Assembly (NCBI GenBank): GCA_964016885.1
Contig: OZ024743.1
Span: 233,616,001-233,680,000, forward strand
From: Eledone cirrhosa
Lineage: Eukaryota
DNA: 64,000 nt
Reading direction: 5' to 3'
Shown here: positions 1 through 12,000 of the stretch, piece by piece
Layout of the letters: every line of letters starts with the position of its first letter
Position numbering within the stretch: the stretch's first letter is position 1
Notes under the pieces: generated by a model
The model's input: the letters and a program-made list of their open reading frames with translations, nothing else
Databases searched by the model: none
Told to the model about the DNA's origin: nothing
Translations under genes and position numbers: made by a program

Positions 1-227
1 CCACAACTATTGATTTTAAGGAGATATCTTGCTGAAATTCACGCCACACATAGCCAATGAGTGTCTGCACAGGTACCAGTAATTACAGATCGATCCGACC
101 ACGGGCGGCCGGCCCGCGATTGAAAAGGTAACTCCGCCGGCAAATCGTCATTTTTGGATTCGTTTTCTTCGAAGCACACCATTCGCCGGCGGACTTTGTT
201 GACGTTTAACACGGTTTGGTTCCACAG
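1..227 (+). repeat. Reference monomer (arbitrary phase), about 49% GC
   Basis: Hand count: 59 C and 52 G in 227 bp. Variable positions seen across the array: p19 A/C, p21 G/T, p63 G/C, p66 T/C, p72 G/T, p76 C/T, p77 C/A, p79 G/T, p100 C/G, p109 C/T, p112 G/A, p113-115 CCC/TTT, p116 G/A, p123 A/G, p135 C/T, p157 G/T, p188 G/A/T, p191 G/T, p194 C/T, p201 G/A, p209 A/T, p220 T/G. Confidence 0.95.
133..193. repeat. Imperfect 13-bp inverted repeat within each monomer (arms p133-145 and p181-193, 35-bp spacer)
   Basis: TCCGCCGGCAAAT (133-145) versus ATTCGCCGGCGGA (181-193): 12 of 13 positions are complementary, with only A142/C184 mismatched. The p135T, p188A/T and p191T variants weaken it. Confidence 0.85.
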
Positions 228-3200
228 CCACAACTATTGATTTTACGGAGATATCTTGCTGAAATTCACGCCACACATAGCCAATGAGTGTCCGCACATG
301 TACCAGTAATTACAGATCGATCCGACCACGGGCGGTCGGTTTGCGATTGAAAAGGTAACTCCGCCGGCAAATCGTCATTTTTGGATTCGTTTTCTTCGAA
401 GCACACCATTCGCCGGCTGACTTTGTTGACGTTTAACACGGTTTGGTTCCACAGCCACAACTATTGATTTTACGGAGATATCTTGCTGAAATTCACGCCA
501 CACATAGCCAATGAGTGTCTGCACATGTACCAGTAATTACAGATCGATCCGACCACGGGCGGTCGGTTTGCGATTGAAAAGGTAACTCCGCCGGCAAATC
601 GTCATTTTTGGATTCGTTTTCTTCGAAGCACACCATTCGCCGGCGGACTTTGTTGACGTTTAACACGGTTTGGTTCCACAGCCACAACTATTGATTTTAC
701 GGAGATATCTTGCTGAAATTCACGCCACACATAGCCAATGAGTGTCTGCACATGTACCAGTAATTACAGATCGATCCGACCACGGGCGGCCGGCCCGCGA
801 TTGAAAAGGTAACTCCGCCGGCAAATCGTCATTTTTGGATTCGTTTTCTTCGAAGCACACCATTCGCCGGCGGACTTTGTTGACGTTTAACACGGTTTGG
901 TTCCACAGCCACAACTATTGATTTTACGGAGATATCTTGCTGAAATTCACGCCACACATAGCCAATGAGTGTCTGCACATGTACAAGTAATTACAGATCG
1001 ATCCGACCACGGGCGGCCGACCCGCGATTGAAAAGGTAACTCCGCCGGCAAATCGTCATTTTTGGATTCGTTTTCTTCGAAGCACACCATTCGCCGGCGG
1101 ACTTTGTTGACGTTTAACACGGTTTGGTTCCACAGCCACAACTATTGATTTTACGGAGATATCTTGCTGAAATTCACGCCACACATAGCCAATGAGTGTC
1201 TGCACATGTACCAGTAATTACAGATCGATCCGACCACGGGCGGCCGGCCCGCGATTGAAAAGGTAACTCCGCCGGCAAATCGTCATTTTTGGATTCGTTT
1301 TCTTCGAAGCACACCATTCGCCGGCGGACTTTGTTGACGTTTAACACGGTTTGGTTCCACAGCCACAACTATTGATTTTACGGAGATATCTTGCTGAAAT
1401 TCACGCCACACATAGCCAATGAGTGTCCGCACATGTACCAGTAATTACAGATCGATCCGACCACGGGCGGTCGGTTTGCGATTGAAAAGGTAACTCCGCC
1501 GGCAAATCGTCATTTTTGGATTCGTTTTCTTCGAAGCACACCATTCGCCGGCTGACTTTGTTGACGTTTAACACGGTTTGGTTCCACAGCCACAACTATT
1601 GATTTTACGGAGATATCTTGCTGAAATTCACGCCACACATAGCCAATGAGTGTCTGCACATGTACCAGTAATTACAGATCGATCCGACCACGGGCGGTCG
1701 GTTTGCGATTGAAAAGGTAACTCCGCCGGCAAATCGTCATTTTTGGATTCGTTTTCTTCGAAGCACACCATTCGCCGGCGGACTTTGTTGACGTTTAACA
1801 CGGTTTGGTTCCACAGCCACAACTATTGATTTTACGGAGATATCTTGCTGAAATTCACGCCACACATAGCCAATGAGTGTCTGCACATGTACCAGTAATT
1901 ACAGATCGATCCGACCACGGGCGGTCGGTTTGCGATTGAAAAGGTAACTCTGCCGGCAAATCGTCATTTTTGGATTCGTTTTCTTCGAAGCACACCATTC
2001 GCCAGCTGACTTTGTTGACGTTTAACACGGTTTGGTTCCACAGCCACAACTATTGATTTTAAGGAGATATCTTGCTGAAATTCACGCCACACATAGCCAA
2101 TGAGTGTCTGCACAGGTACCAGTAATTACAGATCGATCCGACCACGGGCGGCCGGTTTGCGATTGAAAAGGTAACTCCGCCGGCAAATCGTCATTTTTGG
2201 ATTCGTTTTCTTCGAAGCACACCATTCGCCGGCTGACTTTGTTGACGTTTAACACGGTTTGGTTCCACAGCCACAACTATTGATTTTAAGGAGATATCTT
2301 GCTGAAATTCACGCCACACATAGCCAATGAGTGTCTGCACAGGTACCAGTAATTACAGATCGATCCGACCACGGGCGGCCGGCCCGCGATTGAAAAGGTA
2401 ACTCCGCCGGCAAATCGTCATTTTTGGATTCGTTTTCTTCGAAGCACACCATTCGCCGGCGGACTTTGTTGACGTTTAACACGGTTTGGTTCCACAGCCA
2501 CAACTATTGATTTTACGGAGATATCTTGCTGAAATTCACGCCACACATAGCCAATGAGTGTCTGCACATGTACCAGTAATTACAGATCGATCCGACCACG
2601 GGCGGCCGGCCCGCGATTGAAAAGGTAACTCCGCCGGCAAATCGTCATTTTTGGATTCGTTTTCTTCGAAGCACACCATTCGCCGGCGGACTTTGTTGAC
2701 GTTTAACACGGTTTGGTTCCACAGCCACAACTATTGATTTTACGGAGATATCTTGCTGAAATTCACGCCACACATAGCCAATGAGTGTCTGCACATGTAC
2801 CAGTAATTACAGATCGATCCGACCACGGGCGGCCGGCCCGCGATTGAAAAGGTAACTCCGCCGGCAAATCGTCATTTTTGGATTCGTTTTCTTCGAAGCA
2901 CACCATTCGCCGGCGGACTTTGTTGACGTTTAACACGGTTTGGTTCCACAGCCACAACTATTGATTTTACGGAGATATCTTGCTGAAATTCACGCCACAC
3001 ATAGCCAATGAGTGTCCGCACATGTACCAGTAATTACAGATCGATCCGACCACGGGCGGTCGGTTTGCGATTGAAAAGGTAACTCCGCCGGCAAATCGTC
3101 ATTTTTGGATTCGTTTTCTTCGAAGCACACCATTCGCCGGCTGACTTTGTTGACGTTTAACACGGTTTGGTTCCACAGCCACAACTATTGATTTTACGGA

Positions 3201-6200
3201 GATATCTTGCTGAAATTCACGCCACACATAGCCAATGAGTGTCTGCACATGTACCAGTAATTACAGATCGATCCGACCACGGGCGGTCGGTTTGCGATTG
3301 AAAAGGTAACTCCGCCGGCAAATCGTCATTTTTGGATTCGTTTTCTTCGAAGCACACCATTCGCCGGCGGACTTTGTTGACGTTTAACACGGTTTGGTTC
3401 CACAGCCACAACTATTGATTTTACGGAGATATCTTGCTGAAATTCACGCCACACATAGCCAATGAGTGTCTGCACATGTACCAGTAATTACAGATCGATC
3501 CGACCACGGGCGGTCGGTTTGCGATTGAAAAGGTAACTCTGCCGGCAAATCGTCATTTTTGGATTCGTTTTCTTCGAAGCACACCATTCGCCAGCTGACT
3601 TTGTTGACGTTTAACACGGTTTGGTTCCACAGCCACAACTATTGATTTTAAGGAGATATCTTGCTGAAATTCACGCCACACATAGCCAATGAGTGTCTGC
3701 ACAGGTACCAGTAATTACAGATCGATCCGACCACGGGCGGCCGGTTTGCGATTGAAAAGGTAACTCCGCCGGCAAATCGTCATTTTTGGATTCGTTTTCT
3801 TCGAAGCACACCATTCGCCGGCGGACTTTGTTGACGTTTAACACGGTTTGGTTCCACAGCCACAACTATTGATTTTACGGAGATATCTTGCTGAAATTCA
3901 CGCCACACATAGCCAATGAGTGTCTGCACATGTACCAGTAATTACAGATCGATCCGACCACGGGCGGTCGGTTTGCGATTGAAAAGGTAACTCTGCCGGC
4001 AAATCGTCATTTTTGGATTCGTTTTCTTCGAAGCACACCATTCGCCAGCTGACTTTGTTGACGTTTAACACGGTTTGGTTCCACAGCCACAACTATTGAT
4101 TTTAAGGAGATATCTTGCTGAAATTCACGCCACACATAGCCAATGAGTGTCTGCACAGGTACCAGTAATTACAGATCGATCCGACCACGGGCGGCCGGTT
4201 TGCGATTGAAAAGGTAACTCCGCCGGCAAATCGTCATTTTTGGATTCGTTTTCTTCGAAGCACACCATTCGCCGGCTGACTTTGTTGACGTTTAACACGG
4301 TTTGGTTCCACAGCCACAACTATTGATTTTAAGGAGATATCTTGCTGAAATTCACGCCACACATAGCCAATGAGTGTCTGCACAGGTACCAGTAATTACA
4401 GATCGATCCGACCACGGGCGGTCGGTTTGCGATTGAAAAGGTAACTCTGCCGGCAAATCGTCATTTTTGGATTCGTTTTCTTCGAAGCACACCATTCGCC
4501 AGCTGACTTTGTTGACGTTTAACACGGTTTGGTTCCACAGCCACAACTATTGATTTTAAGGAGATATCTTGCTGAAATTCACGCCACACATAGCCAATGA
4601 GTGTCTGCACAGGTACCAGTAATTACAGATCGATCCGACCACGGGCGGCCGGTTTGCGATTGAAAAGGTAACTCCGCCGGCAAATCGTCATTTTTGGATT
4701 CGTTTTCTTCGAAGCACACCATTCGCCGGCTGACTTTGTTGACGTTTAACACGGTTTGGTTCCACAGCCACAACTATTGATTTTAAGGAGATATCTTGCT
4801 GAAATTCACGCCACACATAGCCAATGAGTGTCTGCACAGGTACCAGTAATTACAGATCGATCCGACCACGGGCGGCCGGCCCGCGATTGAAAAGGTAACT
4901 CCGCCGGCAAATCGTCATTTTTGGATTCGTTTTCTTCGAAGCACACCATTCGCCGGCGGACTTTGTTGACGTTTAACACGGTTTGGTTCCACAGCCACAA
5001 CTATTGATTTTACGGAGATATCTTGCTGAAATTCACGCCACACATAGCCAATGAGTGTCTGCACATGTACCAGTAATTACAGATCGATCCGACCACGGGC
5101 GGCCGGCCCGCGATTGAAAAGGTAACTCCGCCGGCAAATCGTCATTTTTGGATTCGTTTTCTTCGAAGCACACCATTCGCCGGCGGACTTTGTTGACGTT
5201 TAACACGGTTTGGTTCCACAGCCACAACTATTGATTTTACGGAGATATCTTGCTGAAATTCACGCCACACATAGCCAATGAGTGTCTGCACATGTACCAG
5301 TAATTACAGATCGATCCGACCACGGGCGGTCGGTTTGCGATTGAAAAGGTAACTCCGCCGGCAAATCGTCATTTTTGGATTCGTTTTCTTCGAAGCACAC
5401 CATTCGCCAGCTGACTTTGTTGACGTTTAACACGGTTTGGTTCCACAGCCACAACTATTGATTTTAAGGAGATATCTTGCTGAAATTCACGCCACACATA
5501 GCCAATGAGTGTCTGCACAGGTACCAGTAATTACAGATCGATCCGACCACGGGCGGCCGGTTTGCGATTGAAAAGGTAACTCCGCCGGCAAATCGTCATT
5601 TTTGGATTCGTTTTCTTCGAAGCACACCATTCGCCGGCTGACTTTGTTGACGTTTAACACGGTTTGGTTCCACAGCCACAACTATTGATTTTAAGGAGAT
5701 ATCTTGCTGAAATTCACGCCACACATAGCCAATGAGTGTCTGCACAGGTACCAGTAATTACAGATCGATCCGACCACGGGCGGCCGGCCCGCGATTGAAA
5801 AGGTAACTCCGCCGGCAAATCGTCATTTTTGGATTCGTTTTCTTCGAAGCACACCATTCGCCGGCGGACTTTGTTGACGTTTAACACGGTTTGGTTCCAC
5901 AGCCACAACTATTGATTTTACGGAGATATCTTGCTGAAATTCACGCCACACATAGCCAATGAGTGTCTGCACATGTACCAGTAATTACAGATCGATCCGA
6001 CCACGGGCGGTCGGTTTGCGATTGAAAAGGTAACTCCGCCGGCAAATCGTCATTTTTGGATTCGTTTTCTTCGAAGCACACCATTCGCCGGCTGACTTTG
6101 TTGACGTTTAACACGGTTTGGTTCCACAGCCACAACTATTGATTTTACGGAGATATCTTGCTGAAATTCACGCCACACATAGCCAATGAGTGTCTGCACA

Positions 6201-9080
6201 TGTATCAGTAATTACAGATCGATCCGACCACGGGCGGCCGGCCCGCGATTGAAAAGGTAACTCCGCCGGCAAATCGTCATTTTTGGATTCGTTTTCTTCG
6301 AAGCACACCATTCGCCGGCGGACTTTGTTGACGTTTAACACGGTTTGGTTCCACAGCCACAACTATTGATTTTACGGAGATATCTTGCTGAAATTCACGC
6401 CACACATAGCCAATGAGTGTCTGCACATGTACCAGTAATTACAGATCGATCCGACCACGGGCGGCCGGTTTGCGATTGAAAAGGTAACTCCGCCGGCAAA
6501 TCGTCATTTTTGGATTCGTTTTCTTCGAAGCACACCATTCGCCGGCGGACTTTGTTGACGTTTAACACGGTTTGGTTCCACAGCCACAACTATTGATTTT
6601 ACGGAGATATCTTGCTGAAATTCACGCCACACATAGCCAATGAGTGTCTGCACATGTACCAGTAATTACAGATCGATCCGACCACGGGCGGCCGGTTTGC
6701 GATTGAAAAGGTAACTCCGCCGGCAAATCGTCATTTTTGGATTCGTTTTCTTCGAAGCACACCATTCGCCGGCGGACTTTGTTGACGTTTAACACGGTTT
6801 GGTTCCACAGCCACAACTATTGATTTTACGGAGATATCTTGCTGAAATTCACGCCACACATAGCCAATGAGTGTCTGCACATGTACCAGTAATTACAGAT
6901 CGATCCGACCACGGGCGGTCGGTTTGCGATTGAAAAGGTAACTCCGCCGGCAAATCGTCATTTTTGGATTCGTTTTCTTCGAAGCACACCATTCGCCAGC
7001 TGACTTTGTTGACGTTTAACACGGTTTGGTTCCACAGCCACAACTATTGATTTTAAGGAGATATCTTGCTGAAATTCACGCCACACATAGCCAATGAGTG
7101 TCTGCACAGGTACCAGTAATTACAGATCGATCCGACCACGGGCGGCCGGTTTGCGATTGAAAAGGTAACTCCGCCGGCAAATCGTCATTTTTGGATTCGT
7201 TTTCTTCGAAGCACACCATTCGCCGGCTGACTTTGTTGACGTTTAACACGGTTTGGTTCCACAGCCACAACTATTGATTTTAAGGAGATATCTTGCTGAA
7301 ATTCACGCCACACATAGCCAATGAGTGTCTGCACAGGTACCAGTAATTACAGATCGATCCGACCACGGGCGGCCGGCCCGCGATTGAAAAGGTAACTCCG
7401 CCGGCAAATCGTCATTTTTGGATTCGTTTTCTTCGAAGCACACCATTCGCCGGCGGACTTTGTTGACGTTTAACACGGTTTGGTTCCACAGCCACAACTA
7501 TTGATTTTACGGAGATATCTTGCTGAAATTCACGCCACACATAGCCAATGAGTGTCTGCACATGTACAAGTAATTACAGATCGATCCGACCACGGGCGGC
7601 CGACCCGCGATTGAAAAGGTAACTCCGCCGGCAAATCGTCATTTTTGGATTCGTTTTCTTCGAAGCACACCATTCGCCGGCGGACTTTGTTGACGTTTAA
7701 CACGGTTTGGTTCCACAGCCACAACTATTGATTTTACGGAGATATCTTGCTGAAATTCACGCCACACATAGCCAATGAGTGTCTGCACATGTACCAGTAA
7801 TTACAGATCGATCCGACCACGGGCGGCCGGCCCGCGATTGAAAAGGTAACTCCGCCGGCAAATCGTCATTTTTGGATTCGTTTTCTTCGAAGCACACCAT
7901 TCGCCGGCGGACTTTGTTGACGTTTAACACGGTTTGGTTCCACAGCCACAACTATTGATTTTACGGAGATATCTTGCTGAAATTCACGCCACACATAGCC
8001 AATGAGTGTCCGCACATGTACCAGTAATTACAGATCGATCCGACCACGGGCGGTCGGTTTGCGATTGAAAAGGTAACTCCGCCGGCAAATCGTCATTTTT
8101 GGATTCGTTTTCTTCGAAGCACACCATTCGCCGGCTGACTTTGTTGACGTTTAACACGGTTTGGTTCCACAGCCACAACTATTGATTTTACGGAGATATC
8201 TTGCTGAAATTCACGCCACACATAGCCAATGAGTGTCTGCACATGTACCAGTAATTACAGATCGATCCGACCACGGGCGGTCGGTTTGCGATTGAAAAGG
8301 TAACTCCGCCGGCAAATCGTCATTTTTGGATTCGTTTTCTTCGAAGCACACCATTCGCCGGCGGACTTTGTTGACGTTTAACACGGTTTGGTTCCACAGC
8401 CACAACTATTGATTTTACGGAGATATCTTGCTGAAATTCACGCCACACATAGCCAATGAGTGTCTGCACATGTATCAGTAATTACAGATCGATCCGACCA
8501 CGGGCGGCCGGCCCGCGATTGAAAAGGTAACTCCGCCGGCAAATCGTCATTTTTGGATTCGTTTTCTTCGAAGCACACCATTCGCCGGCGGACTTTGTTG
8601 ACGTTTAACACGGTTTGGTTCCACAGCCACAACTATTGATTTTACGGAGATATCTTGCTGAAATTCACGCCACACATAGCCAATGAGTGTCTGCACATGT
8701 ACAAGTAATTACAGATCGATCCGACCACGGGCGGCCGGCCCGCGATTGAAAAGGTAACTCCGCCGGCAAATCGTCATTTTTGGATTCGTTTTCTTCGAAG
8801 CACACCATTCGCCGGCGGACTTTGTTGACGTTTAACACGGTTTGGTTCCACAGCCACAACTATTGATTTTACGGAGATATCTTGCTGAAATTCACGCCAC
8901 ACATAGCCAATGAGTGTCTGCACATGTACCAGTAATTACAGATCGATCCGACCACGGGCGGCCGGCCCGCGATTGAAAAGGTAACTCCGCCGGCAAATCG
9001 TCATTTTTGGATTCGTTTTCTTCGAAGCACACCATTCGCCGGCGGACTTTGTTGACGTTTAACACGGTTTGGTTCCACAG

Positions 9081-12000
9081 CCACAACTATTGATTTTACG
9101 GAGATATCTTGCTGAAATTCACGCCACACATAGCCAATGAGTCTCTGCACATGTACCATTAATTACAGATCGATCCGACCACGGGCGGTCGGTTTGCGAT
9201 TGAAAAGGTAACTCCGCCGGCAAATCGTCATTTTTGGATTCGTTTTCTTCGAAGCACACCATTCGCCGGCGGACTTTGTTGACGTTTAACACGGTTTGGT
9301 TCCACAGCCACAACTATTGATTTTACGGAGATATCTTGCTGAAATTCACGCCACACATAGCCAATGAGTGTCTGCACATGTACCAGTAATTACAGATCGA
9401 TCCGACCACGGGCGGTCGGTTTGCGATTGAAAAGGTAACTCCGCCGGCAAATCGTCATTTTTGGATTCGTTTTCTTCGAAGCACACCATTCGCCAGCTGA
9501 CTTTGTTGACGTTTAACACGGTTTGGTTCCACAGCCACAACTATTGATTTTAAGGAGATATCTTGCTGAAATTCACGCCACACATAGCCAATGAGTGTCT
9601 GCACAGGTACCAGTAATTACAGATCGATCCGACCACGGGCGGCCGGTTTGCGATTGAAAAGGTAACTCCGCCGGCAAATCGTCATTTTTGGATTCGTTTT
9701 CTTCGAAGCACACCATTCGCCGGCTGACTTTGTTGACGTTTAACACGGTTTGGTTCCACAGCCACAACTATTGATTTTAAGGAGATATCTTGCTGAAATT
9801 CACGCCACACATAGCCAATGAGTGTCTGCACAGGTACCAGTAATTACAGATCGATCCGACCACGGGCGGCCGGCCCACGATTGAAAAGGTAACTCCGCCG
9901 GCAAATCGTCATTTTTGGATTCGTTTTCTTCGAAGCACACCATTCGCCGGCGGACTTTGTTGACGTTTAACACGGTTTGGTTCCACAGCCACAACTATTG
10001 ATTTTACGGAGATATCTTGCTGAAATTCACGCCACACATAGCCAATGAGTGTCTGCACATGTACAAGTAATTACAGATCGATCCGACCACGGGCGGCCGA
10101 CCCGCGATTGAAAAGGTAACTCCGCCGGCAAATCGTCATTTTTGGATTCGTTTTCTTCGAAGCACACCATTCGCCGGCGGACTTTGTTGACGTTTAACAC
10201 GGTTTGGTTCCACAGCCACAACTATTGATTTTACGGAGATATCTTGCTGAAATTCACGCCACACATAGCCAATGAGTGTCTGCACATGTACCAGTAATTA
10301 CAGATCGATCCGACCACGGGCGGCCGGCCCGCGATTGAAAAGGTAACTCCGCCGGCAAATCGTCATTTTTGGATTCGTTTTCTTCGAAGCACACCATTCG
10401 CCGGCGGACTTTGTTGACGTTTAACACGGTTTGGTTCCACAGCCACAACTATTGATTTTACGGAGATATCTTGCTGAAATTCACGCCACACATAGCCAAT
10501 GAGTGTCTGCACATGTACAAGTAATTACAGATCGATCCGACCACGGGCGGCCGGCCCGCGATTGAAAAGGTAACTCCGCCGGCAAATCGTCATTTTTGGA
10601 TTCGTTTTCTTCGAAGCACACCATTCGCCGGCGGACTTTGTTGACGTTTAACACGGTTTGGTTCCACAGCCACAACTATTGATTTTACGGAGATATCTTG
10701 CTGAAATTCACGCCACACATAGCCAATGAGTGTCTGCACATGTACCAGTAATTACAGATCGATCCGACCACGGGCGGCCGGCCCGCGATTGAAAAGGTAA
10801 CTCCGCCGGCAAATCGTCATTTTTGGATTCGTTTTCTTCGAAGCACACCATTCGCCGGCGGACTTTGTTGACGTTTAACACGGTTTGGTTCCACAGCCAC
10901 AACTATTGATTTTACGGAGATATCTTGCTGAAATTCACGCCACACATAGCCAATGAGTGTCTGCACATGTACAAGTAATTACAGATCGATCCGACCACGG
11001 GCGGCCGGCCCGCGATTGAAAAGGTAACTCCGCCGGCAAATCGTCATTTTTGGATTCGTTTTCTTCGAAGCACACCATTCGCCGGCGGACTTTGTTGACG
11101 TTTAACACGGTTTGGTTCCACAGCCACAACTATTGATTTTACGGAGATATCTTGCTGAAATTCACGCCACACATAGCCAATGAGTGTCTGCACATGTACC
11201 AGTAATTACAGATCGATCCGACCACGGGCGGCCGGCCCGCGATTGAAAAGGTAACTCCGCCGGCAAATCGTCATTTTTGGATTCGTTTTCTTCGAAGCAC
11301 ACCATTCGCCGGCGGACTTTGTTGACGTTTAACACGGTTTGGTTCCACAGCCACAACTATTGATTTTACGGAGATATCTTGCTGAAATTCACGCCACACA
11401 TAGCCAATGAGTCTCTGCACATGTACCATTAATTACAGATCGATCCGACCACGGGCGGTCGGTTTGCGATTGAAAAGGTAACTCCGCCGGCAAATCGTCA
11501 TTTTTGGATTCGTTTTCTTCGAAGCACACCATTCGCCGGCGGACTTTGTTGACGTTTAACACGGTTTGGTTCCACAGCCACAACTATTGATTTTACGGAG
11601 ATATCTTGCTGAAATTCACGCCACACATAGCCAATGAGTGTCTGCACATGTACCAGTAATTACAGATCGATCCGACCACGGGCGGTCGGTTTGCGATTGA
11701 AAAGGTAACTCCGCCGGCAAATCGTCATTTTTGGATTCGTTTTCTTCGAAGCACACCATTCGCCAGCTGACTTTGTTGACGTTTAACACGGTTTGGTTCC
11801 ACAGCCACAACTATTGATTTTAAGGAGATATCTTGCTGAAATTCACGCCACACATAGCCAATGAGTGTCTGCACAGGTACCAGTAATTACAGATCGATCC
11901 GACCACGGGCGGCCGGTTTGCGATTGAAAAGGTAACTCCGCCGGCAAATCGTCATTTTTGGATTCGTTTTCTTCGAAGCACACCATTCGCCGGCTGACTT

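Noticed and set aside
14-82. TTTTAAGGAGATAT, resembling the T7 gene 10 Shine-Dalgarno leader, followed by a TTG-started 17-codon + strand ORF (29-82)
   Set aside because: The AAGGAG form occurs only in the minority p19A monomers. The ORF is tiny, and there is no T7 promoter, vector sequence or bacterial gene context. Most likely chance.
159-196. CENP-B box
   Set aside because: The three TTCG sites (p159, p168, p182) are not followed by the NNNNANNCGGG pattern, and no reverse-strand match was seen.
1-227. Hammerhead-ribozyme satellite, retrozyme or viroid-like unit
   Set aside because: No CTGANGA core was found on either strand; the only CTGA contexts are CTGAAAT, CTGACTT and a minus-strand CTGATAC variant. 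Other ribozyme classes were not excluded and would need an Rfam scan.
1-227. 5S rRNA, tRNA or spliceosomal snRNA gene array
   Set aside because: No recognisable 5S sequence, tRNA cloverleaf, Pol III B box (GTTCRANNC) or U snRNA 5' signature was seen by eye.
213-233. GGTTTGGTT and CCACAGCCACAA as telomere-like or internal sub-repeats
   Set aside because: Each has only two short copies, with no consistent sub-period across the monomer.
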